Source: Planctomycetota bacterium | Lineage (GTDB): Bacteria > Planctomycetota > MHYJ01 > WSZJ01 | Direction of reading: 5' to 3' | Length of the DNA stretch: 64,000 nucleotides | Assembly (NCBI GenBank): GCA_038060895.1 | Contig: JBBTCT010000015.1 | Coordinates: 96,001 to 160,000 of the forward strand | Shown here: positions 8,869-21,787 of the stretch, in pieces | Numbering within the stretch: position 1 is the stretch's first letter | Layout of the letters: every line of letters starts with the position of its first letter | Program-made: the position numbers and the translations under genes | The notes under the pieces: model-generated | What the model was told of the DNA's origin: nothing | Database searches by the model: none | Seen by the model: only the letters and a program-made list of their open reading frames with translations

Positions 8869-11391
8869 TTACCGCCACTCGTGCTTCGGGTACTTCCGCT
8901 GAAGCTCTCTCTTGATGCGCGGGTAGTGTTCGCTCCAGAATCTCCCGATGTCCTGCGTTACCTGCACCGGCCGGTTGCTCGGGGCGAGGACGTGGACGGC
9001 GGGCACGACGCGGCCCATCGCGATCGGAGGGATGCGAGTGACGCCGAAGAGCTCCTGGATGCGGAGCGAGATGTGGGGCGCCGCGTCTGCGGCGTAGACG
9101 AGTTTCGGCTTCTTGCCGTTCGAGAGCTCCAGGCGTTCGGGGGCGTGCTTCTCGACCTGCGATTGCAGCGCGGGCCCGACGAGCGCGCGGATTTCGCGAA
9201 GCACTGGGCGGTCGCGGAGGTCTTTCCAGTTCGTCGCGCCTTTGCAGAGCCGTTCCGTGGCCGCGCGACGCTCGGGTTCGCCAGGCGTGACAAGGCCGAG
9301 CTCCGGGCACGTCTTCGCGAGGAATGCGACGCGCAGCAGCCACTGATCGACCGCCGCGTCCCATTCGCGGAACTGCAGCCGGCCTGCGAGGACTTCCTCG
9401 GCGAAGCGCTTCGCGGCCTCCTCCGTGGGGGGCTCGGCGGACCGCTTTGAGATCGCCAGGTCGCGGAAGCGCGTGACTTCCTCGGCTGTCACGCGCTTCG
9501 CTTCCGCGTCGAACCCCACGATGACCTTCCGCGTGAGGTCGAACGGAAAGAGCTCTTCCAGCCACGCCGGCTCGATCGCGGTCACGAGGCCGAGGAGGGT
9601 CTTGTCCTCGCGGCCGCGGCCCTCGACTTCGCGGATCTCGCCTGCGACGAGGAGTGAAGCGCGGCGGACGGCGCTTTCGCGGGCGAGGAGGCCGCGGCGG
9701 CCGTGGACGACTTCGCAGCGGAGAGTGGCGGTGTCGAAGCGGCGGGCGACGCGGTCGGGGAAGCCGGCGAGGACGCAGCGGCGCAAGGCTTCCTCGGGGA
9801 CCTTGCGGTCGTCCACGTCGAGGCCCTCGCGCTTTGCGATCCGCAGGAACTGTTCGAGGGCGGGGCCGACCTGGCGGGCGGCCTGGGCGTGGATCCCGGC
9901 GCGGTGGCAGGCGTCGAAGCGGAAGGCGTTATCGGCGGCGAATTCCCAGGCGCGGATGAGGATCCAGAGATCGGAGGTGTCGCGGTCGCCGAGGACGTCT
10001 TTGCGAAACTCGACGGACATGGAGTCGGCGGAGCGGACGAGAAGGTCGCGCCCCTGCATGATGGCGGCGACGAGCGAAGCGAGGCGGACGCAATGCAGGT
10101 CGTTCGCGGCGAGAAGCATGCGCGCCCAGCGCGGGTGGACGGGGAAGGCGAGGAGGCGGCGGCCGAGGGGCGTGATTTCGAGGGATTCGTCGAGCGCGCC
10201 CAGGTCGCCGAGCAGATTTTCGGCGTGGACCAGCGCCTTCTCCGGCGGCGCGTCCAGCCACCGGAACTTCCGCAGGTCGCCGACGCCGCCGGCCTTCAGC
10301 GCGAGCGCCGCTTCCGCCAGCTCGAGCCTCTTGACCTCCGGCTCTTCTCGCGCGGGCCGCTTCGTGTGTTCGGCCTCGCTCCACAACCGCACGCACGTCC
10401 CGGGCGCGGTGCGGCCGGCGCGTCCGGCGCGCTGGTCGGCGCTGGCGCGGGAGATGGGCTCGATGAAGAGCGTATTGAGGCCGCGGCGGGGGTCGTGGCG
10501 CGGGAGGCGGGCGAGGCCGGAGTCGACGACGAGGCGGATGCCGTCGATGGTGAGCGAGGTTTCGGCGACGTTGGTGGCGACGACGACCTTGCGGCGGTCG
10601 GCGCGGGCGACGGCGGCGTCCTGGTCGCGCGGAGGGAGTTCGCCATGAAGCGGAAGGAGGGAGGCGTCACGGGTTTCGGGGCGGGTCTTGAGGGCCTCGA
10701 TCGTCCGTGAGATGTCCCAGGCGCCGGGCATGAAGACGAGGGCGTCGCCGTCGTTGCCGGCGCGGATCCAGGCGGCGACGGCGTCGGCAGCGGCGTCGTG
10801 CACGGCCGCTTCGGCCACGGCCACATACTCGACGCGCACCGGGAACATCCGTCCCTCGGTTGAGACGGTCGCGCACGGTTTCAGATACGCGTCCAGGGCG
10901 GCTCCGTCGAGCGTCGCGGACATCACGACGATCAGCAGGTCCGGCCGGCCCTTCTCCTGCAGGTCGAGCGCGCGCGCGAGCGCGACGTCTCCTTCGAGGT
11001 GCCGCTCGTGGAACTCGTCGAACACGAGGGCGGTGACCCCCGCGAGCTTCGCGTCGCCCACCATCTGCCGCAGCAGGATGCCTTCCGTCACATACCGGAT
11101 CCGCGTCGCGGGCCCGCTGGCGTTCTCCAGTCGCACCTGGTACCCGACCTCGCGGCCGAGCGGACAGCCCTCCTCCTCCGCGACCCGCGCCGCCAGCATC
11201 CGCGCCGCGATCCGCCGCGGCTGCAGGACCACGGCCTGCCCCTTCCCGAGCAGGCCGCTTCGCAACAGCATGCGCGGCACCTGCGTGGACTTTCCCGATC
11301 CCGTCGGCGCGGAGACCACGACGCGCCGCGTCTCGCGCAGGCGGGCGATCAGGTCGGATTCGATGGCCAGAATGGGGAGCGGCGGAGTCAC
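8869..11391 (-). CDS. hrpB: ATP-dependent RNA helicase HrpB
   Basis: APTGSGKST, DEFHER, MSAT, ATNVAETSLTI, QRAGRAGR and C-terminal YPKHEW; GTG start at 11391 inferred. Confidence 0.95.
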   Translation of the reverse strand: MTPPLPILAIESDLIARLRETRRVVVSAPTGSGKSTQVPRMLLRSGLLGKGQAVVLQPRRIAARMLAARVAEEEGCPLGREVGYQVRLENASGPATRIRYVTEGILLRQMVGDAKLAGVTALVFDEFHERHLEGDVALARALDLQEKGRPDLLIVVMSATLDGAALDAYLKPCATVSTEGRMFPVRVEYVAVAEAAVHDAAADAVAAWIRAGNDGDALVFMPGAWDISRTIEALKTRPETRDASLLPLHGELPPRDQDAAVARADRRKVVVATNVAETSLTIDGIRLVVDSGLARLPRHDPRRGLNTLFIEPISRASADQRAGRAGRTAPGTCVRLWSEAEHTKRPAREEPEVKRLELAEAALALKAGGVGDLRKFRWLDAPPEKALVHAENLLGDLGALDESLEITPLGRRLLAFPVHPRWARMLLAANDLHCVRLASLVAAIMQGRDLLVRSADSMSVEFRKDVLGDRDTSDLWILIRAWEFAADNAFRFDACHRAGIHAQAARQVGPALEQFLRIAKREGLDVDDRKVPEEALRRCVLAGFPDRVARRFDTATLRCEVVHGRRGLLARESAVRRASLLVAGEIREVEGRGREDKTLLGLVTAIEPAWLEELFPFDLTRKVIVGFDAEAKRVTAEEVTRFRDLAISKRSAEPPTEEAAKRFAEEVLAGRLQFREWDAAVDQWLLRVAFLAKTCPELGLVTPGEPERRAATERLCKGATNWKDLRDRPVLREIRALVGPALQSQVEKHAPERLELSNGKKPKLVYAADAAPHISLRIQELFGVTRIPPIAMGRVVPAVHVLAPSNRPVQVTQDIGRFWSEHYPRIKRELQRKYPKHEWR

Positions 11392-11453
11392 GGCGCACCT
11401 TCGTAATCGTTGCGGCCTGCGGTGTCCACCATCACCCGGTATCATCACCGCCC

Positions 11454-14400
11454 ATGGCTCCCGACCGCCTCCTCCACTACATTCGCTATTGGCGCGGGCC
11501 CGAGGCCGCTTCCCTCGACGAGTACCTCGAGAAGGCGGGACAGGATGCCTGGAACAAGCTCTGTGACACGGCGCGTTCGCAGCCGGCGATGATCGACGAC
11601 GAAGTGGTGGCGTGGCTGATCGCAAACGCCCACCGCGCGCCCGGCTCGGTCGTCGCGTCGTTCCTCCAGGTTGCCCGGCAGGACCACCATCGCCGGGCGG
11701 CGTTGAGCGAGGCCGCGCGCGAGGTCATCGCGCGCAACGAGGGAAAGGGGCTCGGCGCCGCCGGGTACCACCTGCACGAGTGCCATTACGTGCTCGACAA
11801 CGAGTGGATTTCCGTCGCCCGTGCCTGGTTCGACGCGGACCCGGAGGGGGCGTGGGGGATCGTCGAAGCGGCGGCGATGTACGAGCCGGAGTTTCTTCTG
11901 CCCGTGCACGTGGACTGGTTTGAGGCGAAGCGCGCCGCGATGCCGGCCGATTACTTCGTGACCATGCTCAGCCTGGCGGGGCACAGGCCGGCGGAAGCGC
12001 CGGGGCTTGTTGAGCGGGCTCTCCGGCATTTCGACGAGCATCCGGTTGCGGCGGTTGAGGGAGCCTGTCGAGCCGCGAGGGACGATGCGGCGCTGCTTGT
12101 GCCCGCGCTGATCGACGCCGTGCTGCGGAACATTTCAGGAAACACCGGGAAGGGATGGGAGTTCTTCGACGGGGCGGCACGGGCGAAGCCGGTGGCGTTC
12201 GACGAAGCGCTTCTCGACCGGCTGGATGCCGCGGCAAGTACGGACGCCGGGACGCTGTTCTCCGTACTGCGAAGCCTGATGCGCGCCGACGCCGACCGGG
12301 TTCCACGCCTCATGGACCGTTACGTGGCCCTTCTCCGCCGCCACCCCGAGAAGGGAATTGACGCGGTGCGTTACGCGTTCCAGCAGGAGGAAATCCGGCT
12401 GATCCGGCCCGACCTGGTCAGGGCCGTGTGCGACGGATTTGCATCCAACGCCCGCGCCGCCTTCGAACTCCTCCACAGGTGCCTGCTCGACAGGCCGGAG
12501 CTGATCGGGAAACCTGAAGTGGACGTTGCCATCCAGAACATCACGCACGACACGACGGCCGATTTCTATTTCTTCCGCGAACTGCTCAAACTGCGGCCGG
12601 AATTCACCCCGGAGGGGACGCTGGCGCTCTTTGAAGTCATCGCGGCCACCCCGGCGCGGCATGGCCATGCCCGGGCCGAGGAAATCGCCGAGGTGATGGC
12701 GATTTCGGAGGCAGCGCACATCCGGACCGGCCTCGAAAACGCTCTTCGCGAACCCCCGCGCGTCGGGAAGCGGCGCGCTCGCGCGCTGATGGCCATCATG
12801 TTCCGGCAGAAATTGCGGGCACGCCGGCACGTCCTGCTCGAGGCGCTCCGGTATGCGGGAGGCGTCGTGCTCTGGCGCAAGATTCCGCCCGCGGCGCCCG
12901 GCGGAAAAGAGGAGTCCGAGAAGTTCTCCCCCGTCTGGGACTTCGTCATGTCGATCATCGACCACAGCGGCGACGACGCGATCTCGACCGCGGCCGCGGA
13001 GCGCTTCCTCGAAGGCGCGTTTCAGTTGAGCTATCTCTGCCGCACCGGCGCCGAGCACGACCAGTTCCTCCGCAAGCTCGATACCGCCTACCCCCCGGCT
13101 CATGCCTTTCCGGCGGTGGCGGGGTTCCTCGACGCCGACCCCGAAATCTCGGCCCTGTTCTCGCTGGTGATCGAGCTCGGAAGCCGCTTCCACACCCAGC
13201 CGCGGATCGCTCCGCTCGACCAATTCGCGAGCCGGCTCCAGAACGCCGAAATCGAGTTGCGCGCGATCGAGGACATGCTCGACCAGGCCGAGGCCGGCCG
13301 CCGCGAAAAACTTGTCGAGCGACAGAAGACGCTGAACAAGCAGGTTGCGATCTGGATCAACCCGGCGTACGCACGGGCGTTCTCGGACCCCGAGGCGGAG
13401 AAACGACTCCCGGAGCCTGCCCAGGCTCTGCTTCGCCGCGAAAAGAAAGATCTCGTCAAGCACCTGCGCGATTCGCTCCGCGCCGAGGCGATCCGCATCG
13501 CCGTCGCTTCGGTCGATAAGACCCGCCTCGAGCTCTACCAGAACCGGCTCCGCGAAGTCCTGGGGCACGACGTGGACATCGCATCGGTCGAGCCACGGAT
13601 CCTCCCGTCGTTCCTCTGGTTCCAGGCGATCGGCGCGATGCCGAGGAACACGAAGTACCTGAAGCGGCTGATCGAGGACCGGATTGCGGGAAGGGGGCAC
13701 GACTGGCTGCGGACGGAGCCGGCGGTGGTGGAGTGGGCGGGGAAGGTGCTGAAGGGGCAACCCGGGGCGGTTATCGATCGCTGGCGCGCGGAATTCACGC
13801 GGGAGTACCAGTACCGGCCGAAGGACGCGCTGGCGGAAAAGAAGCGGAGGATCAAGGCTGACCTGTCGCAGGCACGGCAGATCCTCGAGAAGGCGGGGGC
13901 GAAGGGGATCGCATCCGAGAGTTACGACGATCTGGCGGCGAAGCTGGCGGAGTTGAAGGCGCCCGCGCCGAAGATCAAGGAGAAGGAGGGGGAAAAAGGG
14001 CAGGAGGAGGAACTGGCCGCAGATCCTGCGCTGCTCCAGGAGGTCGAGATGAACCTCGAGCGAGCGCGCCTCGCAGACCAGACGCCGGATTCCGATTTCG
14101 AAGGGCGCCTCACGCTCAGCGTGGAGACCGACCCATTCGAGATTCTCTTCATGGGCGAATACGGATTCGCTTCCTGCCTCGCCCTTCGCGGCTCGAACGC
14201 GTGGAGCGCCGTCTCCAACGCCGTGGACATCGACAAGGTCATCATCTGGGCGAAAGAGCCCGGGGGAAACGTCGTCGGCCGCCGGTTGCTCGCTTTGACT
14301 CCCGACGGAATCCTGACGTTTCGCACCTACACCAACCGGCACGGGCTTGCGCTGGACCGCGCCTTCGCGGAGTTCGTCGAGGAGTACGCGAAACACTGCG

Positions 14401-14474
14401 GCGTCGGGTTGGCGCGTGACGGGCACCCGGGACCGCTTCTCAGCGACCGGTGGTACGACGACGGCGCGGTTTGA
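11454..14474 (+). CDS. Large hypothetical protein (alpha-helical solenoid N-terminus, conserved-looking C-terminal globular domain)
   Basis: 1006 aa ORF with protein-like composition; TATCAT 8 nt before ATG. Confidence 0.8.
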   Translation: MAPDRLLHYIRYWRGPEAASLDEYLEKAGQDAWNKLCDTARSQPAMIDDEVVAWLIANAHRAPGSVVASFLQVARQDHHRRAALSEAAREVIARNEGKGLGAAGYHLHECHYVLDNEWISVARAWFDADPEGAWGIVEAAAMYEPEFLLPVHVDWFEAKRAAMPADYFVTMLSLAGHRPAEAPGLVERALRHFDEHPVAAVEGACRAARDDAALLVPALIDAVLRNISGNTGKGWEFFDGAARAKPVAFDEALLDRLDAAASTDAGTLFSVLRSLMRADADRVPRLMDRYVALLRRHPEKGIDAVRYAFQQEEIRLIRPDLVRAVCDGFASNARAAFELLHRCLLDRPELIGKPEVDVAIQNITHDTTADFYFFRELLKLRPEFTPEGTLALFEVIAATPARHGHARAEEIAEVMAISEAAHIRTGLENALREPPRVGKRRARALMAIMFRQKLRARRHVLLEALRYAGGVVLWRKIPPAAPGGKEESEKFSPVWDFVMSIIDHSGDDAISTAAAERFLEGAFQLSYLCRTGAEHDQFLRKLDTAYPPAHAFPAVAGFLDADPEISALFSLVIELGSRFHTQPRIAPLDQFASRLQNAEIELRAIEDMLDQAEAGRREKLVERQKTLNKQVAIWINPAYARAFSDPEAEKRLPEPAQALLRREKKDLVKHLRDSLRAEAIRIAVASVDKTRLELYQNRLREVLGHDVDIASVEPRILPSFLWFQAIGAMPRNTKYLKRLIEDRIAGRGHDWLRTEPAVVEWAGKVLKGQPGAVIDRWRAEFTREYQYRPKDALAEKKRRIKADLSQARQILEKAGAKGIASESYDDLAAKLAELKAPAPKIKEKEGEKGQEEELAADPALLQEVEMNLERARLADQTPDSDFEGRLTLSVETDPFEILFMGEYGFASCLALRGSNAWSAVSNAVDIDKVIIWAKEPGGNVVGRRLLALTPDGILTFRTYTNRHGLALDRAFAEFVEEYAKHCGVGLARDGHPGPLLSDRWYDDGAV

Positions 14475-14513
14475 TCGCTTCCCGTACCTGCCCCGCCGCG
14501 CTACAACGTGGAG

Positions 14514-15970
14514 ATGCGCCGCACAAAGATCCTCGCCACGCTGGGCCCTGCCTCCGCGAAATCCGGCGTCATCGAGGCCCTGCTCGACGCCGGGCTCGAC
14601 GCCGTCCGGCTGAACTTCTCGCATGGAACGCATGACTCGCACGCCGCCGCGTACCGCCTGGTTCGGGAAGCAGCGAAGAAGGCGGGGCGCGCGGTGGCGA
14701 TCCTGCAGGACCTGCAGGGGCCAAAGATCCGCGTCGGGAACATCGCGAATCCCGGGATGGAAGTGCCGACAGGGTCCCGTCTGACGATCACCACGCGGAC
14801 CTGCGACGGCGCGAACGGTCTCGTCTCGACGGAATACAAGGACCTGCCGAAGGACGTGAAGAAGGGCGACCGGATCCTGCTCGACGACGGGAACTTCGAG
14901 CTGAAGGTGCTCGAAGTGAAGTCGCAGGAGGTTGTCTGCTACGTCGTCGAAGGCGGACTGCTGAAATCACACAAGGGGATCAACGTCCCCGGCGCCGCGC
15001 TTTCGGCCGGCGCCCTCACCGAAAAGGACCGCGAGGACGCACTCTTCGGCCTCGCCCTCGGCGTGGACTTCATCGCGCTGTCGTTCGTCCGCCACGCTTC
15101 GGACATCGAGGAACTCCGCGCGCTGATGAAGAAGGCAGGGAAGTCGGCGCCGATCATCGCGAAGATCGAGAAGCCGCAGGCGGTGGATGCGCTCGACGAG
15201 ATCATCGCAGTTGCGGACGGCGTGATGGTGGCGCGAGGCGACCTGGGAGTCGAAGTGAGCCTGGAGATGATCCCGGTGTTCCAGAAGCGGATCATCGAGC
15301 GTGCGAACCGCGCGGGAAAGCTCGTCATCACGGCGACCCAGATGCTCGAGAGCATGACGGAGAACCCGCTTCCGACTCGCGCCGAGGTGACCGACGTCGC
15401 CAACGCCATCCTCGACGGCACGGACGCGGTGATGCTGAGCGGCGAGACGGCGGTGGGTAAGTACCCGGTTGAGACCGTGAAGCGGATGGCGGCGATTGCG
15501 GAAGCCACGGAGGACAATCTGTTCGATTTCTCGCACGGCGTGCACCCGGTGAGCAAGGCGGAGAAGGGCGACTTTACACCCGCGGTCGTCCGTCTCGCGG
15601 GCCACGCGGCACGCGAGTGCGACCCGGCGGCCATGGTGGTCTTCACCCGGAGCGGCCGCAGCGCGCGTCTGCTGTCGGACGAGCGGCCGAAGGCGCCGAT
15701 CGTGGCGTTCACGACGGGCGAGGACACGTACAACAGGCTGTCGCTCTATTGGGGCGTCCGCTCGCGGCATGTCGGGGAAATGGCGTCGACCGAAGCGGTC
15801 CTTGCACTCGGCGAGCGCCGCCTGATCGAAGAGCGGCTGGCCGCGGTCGGCGACACGGTGGTCTTCCTCCTCGGCACGAACACGGCCCCGGGCGCGACGA
15901 ACTCCGTCAAGATCGCGCGCGTGGGCGACGTCGAGCGCGAGACCGTGGTCCAACGGAAAGGCCGCCCGAA

Positions 15971-15974
<4 letters not shown>
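14514..15974 (+). CDS. pyk: Pyruvate kinase
   Basis: RRTKILATLGP, RLNFSHG, DLQGPKIR, MVARGDLG, ATQMLESM, MLSGETA. Confidence 0.98.
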
Positions 15975-18641
<2,667 letters not shown>

Positions 18642-18645
18642 GACC

Positions 18646-19074
18646 ATGACGGACGACGCGATTCGCTGCCGCACGGCGGATGCCGCGGACGCGGAATTCT
18701 GCCTCGGGCAGGATTCCGCGGTGACCCAGGCGTACGTCACCCGCAAAATTGAGGCGGGGGAGTGCTACGTCGCCGAATCGGGCGGTGCGCCGGCCGGATA
18801 CCTGCGGATCGAGATGATGTGGGGGCTCGTCCCACACATCGGCATAGTGCAGGTGGCCGACGGGGTGCGCGTGAAGGGGGTCGGCCGCGCGCTGGTGGAG
18901 CACGTCAGGGGGCTGATGCGAGCGAAGGGCGAGCGGTTCCTTTTCAGCTCGGCAGGAGCCGCCGACGAGGGCACTCGCGTGTGGCACGAGAAAATCGGAT
19001 TCGAGGCGTGTGGCGAGATCCGCGGAGTGCTGGAGGGCGAAGAGCTCGAGATTTTCTACCGCCTGAAGACCTGA
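18646..19074 (+). CDS. GNAT family N-acetyltransferase
   Basis: VRVKGVGRALV motif A; WHEKIGF. Confidence 0.8.
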   Translation: MTDDAIRCRTADAADAEFCLGQDSAVTQAYVTRKIEAGECYVAESGGAPAGYLRIEMMWGLVPHIGIVQVADGVRVKGVGRALVEHVRGLMRAKGERFLFSSAGAADEGTRVWHEKIGFEACGEIRGVLEGEELEIFYRLKT

Positions 19075-19106
19075 CCCCGCCCGCGGCAGATCCGCCGCGG
19101 GCGGGG
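19075..19106. terminator. GC-rich hairpin between convergent genes (probable bidirectional terminator)
   Basis: Perfect 13-bp stem CCCCGCCCGCGGC/GCCGCGGGCGGGG with 6-nt loop. Confidence 0.65.
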
Positions 19107-19113
19107 CCGGCAC

Positions 19114-19668
19114 TTACTTTTTCCGCGTGTTGGTGTACTCCGCCGCCAGGAACTGCTTGCCGTCTTCGCCCGGGAACCAGAATTCCATCGTGTACTCGTC
19201 GTCGTCCGTGAAGCGGAAGACGGCTTTCGCTTTCATCTCCTGGCCGTCGGGGAGCTCTTCGGCGCCTTCGAGCGTGAGGACCTTGCCTTCCTTGTCGAAC
19301 TGGCCCTCGGTGACCACGAACCCGCCCGTTTCGGCGATGAAGAAGATAAAGAAGTATTTCTTCAGGTACAGGTTGTAGCCGAAGGTCGCCATCGACTCGG
19401 ACTTCTTGCCGCCTATCTCCGTGGAGCCGACCGACTGGAGGTAGACGCCCGACAGCACGAACTTGTTCTCGATCGTGCCCTTTCCCTTCATGGGCTCCGC
19501 CCCCGCCATCATCGAGTATTTCGCGGTCACCTCCCACGTGCCCTCCAGCTTCTTCAGCTTCGCGTGGGCGTCGGCGGGCTTCAACGGAACACCCGGCTCT
19601 TCGGATTCCCCGCGAAGCGTCATGACGATGCCGAGGACAACGGCCAGCAGCGGAAGTCTCCTGCGCAT
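19114..19668 (-). CDS. DUF1579-like secreted protein
   Basis: HAKLKKLEGTWEV...GYN...KKY pattern; signal peptide; AGGAG SD. Confidence 0.75.
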   Translation of the reverse strand: MRRRLPLLAVVLGIVMTLRGESEEPGVPLKPADAHAKLKKLEGTWEVTAKYSMMAGAEPMKGKGTIENKFVLSGVYLQSVGSTEIGGKKSESMATFGYNLYLKKYFFIFFIAETGGFVVTEGQFDKEGKVLTLEGAEELPDGQEMKAKAVFRFTDDDEYTMEFWFPGEDGKQFLAAEYTNTRKK

Positions 19669-19701
19669 ATCGTGTCTCCTTGGAAGCAATTGCCGGCCGG
19701 T

Positions 19702-21720
19702 TCAGCGGCCGAGCGTGAGGTTTGCGATGCGTTCGCCACGGACGATCTCGAGCCGGATTCCCTCGGCCCGTCCTGCAGCCCAGCGTTCGACCAGGTCGGC
19801 GGCCTCGAACTCATCCATCACGACCTCGGGCGAGCCTTCGCCCGAGCGGCGGGAGCGCCAGATCACGTCTCCTGGCAGTAGGCCGGCCTTTGCCGCGGGG
19901 CCTTCGGGGGTGACGCTGACGACGAGGATGCCCTTCTCGAGCATCAGTCGCTCCCGCTCGATGGGACCGATTGCGGCAAGGTCGAGGCCCAATGCGACGC
20001 CCCATTCGCGCCGCGCGGCGACTTCCACCGGGTCGAGCGAAGGCGCACGGCGCCGATTGCCCGGGTACGCATGGAGTTCCTCATGCAGCCGGCGGAACTC
20101 GATGTCCTTCAACGCGCACGCCGCGGCGATTTCCATGGAACCCTGCATGCCCTGCTCGCCATCGCCCCATGACCGCACGGCCCATGTCTCGAGCCAGAGA
20201 GCTTCCTGCCCCCAGGACTCGACGACGCGGGACCGAAGCGCTTCCCCCGAATCCGCCTCCATCAGGGCGTCGTGGAGGTCCCATGCGTCTGGCGCCGGCG
20301 GGACGATGCCGGCGAGCCCGGCGGCGCGGAGGCGGGCCGAGATGAACCCGGCAAGGTCGTTTTCCATCATCGCAGCGCGCCGCGGAGCCTTCTCGGCCGC
20401 GCGCGCCGCCCGCGCGCGGCCCAGCGCCTCGGCCGCCGCTTCGGCCAGTTTCACAATCTGTGCGCGGCGGCCGGGGCCTGGCGGAAGCGTATCCCACGCC
20501 TTGTCGAACTCGCGGCGGATGCCGAGGAGGTCGCGCCAGGCGGACCACCATGGGGCGGGAAGGGATTCGATCTCGAGGATTTCGAGCAGTTCGGCTTCGC
20601 GCACGCCGTCGCCGGGCCGCAGCCGGGCGCGGACACGGAGGCGCGTGGCAGGAACGGCGGCCACGGCATCGCCTTTGAGGAATGCGCGAAGATCGAGGGA
20701 GTCGGATGCGGCGAGGCCGGCCAGCCGCAGATCGTCGGCGAATTTCCAGCCGCCGGCCCGGCCGATCTCGGGGAAGTCAGGCATCGCGCTGGAATAGACG
20801 CGCTGCGCTCCGCCGAGCGCCCCCGCATCCGGCTCGGCGAGAGTCAGTCCCCCGTGGGCGCGCATCAGGAATCCGTCCGCAGTGCGCACCGGGCCGGACT
20901 TCTCCCTCGGGTTCGCGGGTGCGACGGCGCCGCCGCCGCCCGGCGCGGGGCCTTCATTCGAATTGGAGGTGCCGCCGGCCGCGGTGCGCGCATTGGAATC
21001 CTCGACGACACCGGGATTGTCTCGCCCCTTCCACGCCATCCACGCCGCGATCAGGACGAGCAAAGCCGTGGCCGCAGCCAGCGCCGCCGGCTTTCTGCGC
21101 GATTCCGCGTGCCCGGTGGGTCCCGGATGCGTACGCCTCGCCCGAATCCCGTCGCGCACCCGTCCCTCGAGCCCCGGCGGGATGTCCACGGCCCCACACG
21201 CCGACAGCTCCGTCTCGAGCGCGGCGAGCAGCGCCACGGTCGCCGCGCCCGCCAGGACCGACCGGAGGTGCCGAAGCGCCGTGCTGATCCGGCTGGAAAC
21301 CGTTCCTTCCGGGATCTCGAGCGCCGCGGCGCACTCCGGAAGCGTCATCCCCTGGAAGTAGTGCAGGTCCACGGCCGACCGCTGGTCTTCCGGAAGGGCC
21401 ATGACCTTTTCGCGCAACTCTCCGCGGAACGCCGCCTCCGCAGGGTCCGCCCCCTCTTGCGACGTCATCGCGGCCTCTCTTTCCTGGCGGCGTTTTTCGC
21501 CCCGGCGCGCATTCAGCGCGCGGTTCCTGGCGGCGCGAGCCAGCACGGCACGGACGCTGAGGGCCCCGTCGAGGGCGGAAGGATTCTCCAGGACGTAAAC
21601 GAACACGTCCTGGGCGACGTCCTCGGCGGAGGCCGAATCCCGCAGCACGCCGAGCGCGACGCGGTAGACCAGCGCGTGGTGGTCGCGGACGAGGGAATCG
21701 AGCGGGGTCATGGCCGTCAT
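19702..21720 (-). CDS. ECF sigma-70 factor with TM segment and C-terminal PDZ domain
   Basis: AEDVAQDVF (region 2), IPEGTVSSRI (region 4), TM helix, SVTPEGPAAKAGLLPGDVI (PDZ). Confidence 0.88.
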   Translation of the reverse strand: MTAMTPLDSLVRDHHALVYRVALGVLRDSASAEDVAQDVFVYVLENPSALDGALSVRAVLARAARNRALNARRGEKRRQEREAAMTSQEGADPAEAAFRGELREKVMALPEDQRSAVDLHYFQGMTLPECAAALEIPEGTVSSRISTALRHLRSVLAGAATVALLAALETELSACGAVDIPPGLEGRVRDGIRARRTHPGPTGHAESRRKPAALAAATALLVLIAAWMAWKGRDNPGVVEDSNARTAAGGTSNSNEGPAPGGGGAVAPANPREKSGPVRTADGFLMRAHGGLTLAEPDAGALGGAQRVYSSAMPDFPEIGRAGGWKFADDLRLAGLAASDSLDLRAFLKGDAVAAVPATRLRVRARLRPGDGVREAELLEILEIESLPAPWWSAWRDLLGIRREFDKAWDTLPPGPGRRAQIVKLAEAAAEALGRARAARAAEKAPRRAAMMENDLAGFISARLRAAGLAGIVPPAPDAWDLHDALMEADSGEALRSRVVESWGQEALWLETWAVRSWGDGEQGMQGSMEIAAACALKDIEFRRLHEELHAYPGNRRRAPSLDPVEVAARREWGVALGLDLAAIGPIERERLMLEKGILVVSVTPEGPAAKAGLLPGDVIWRSRRSGEGSPEVVMDEFEAADLVERWAAGRAEGIRLEIVRGERIANLTLGR

Positions 21721-21787
21721 GATGGTAAGACACCACGGACGGCCGGACCCCTCGACAAAATCCGGAATTGTTCCCTCGACTCCCGGC

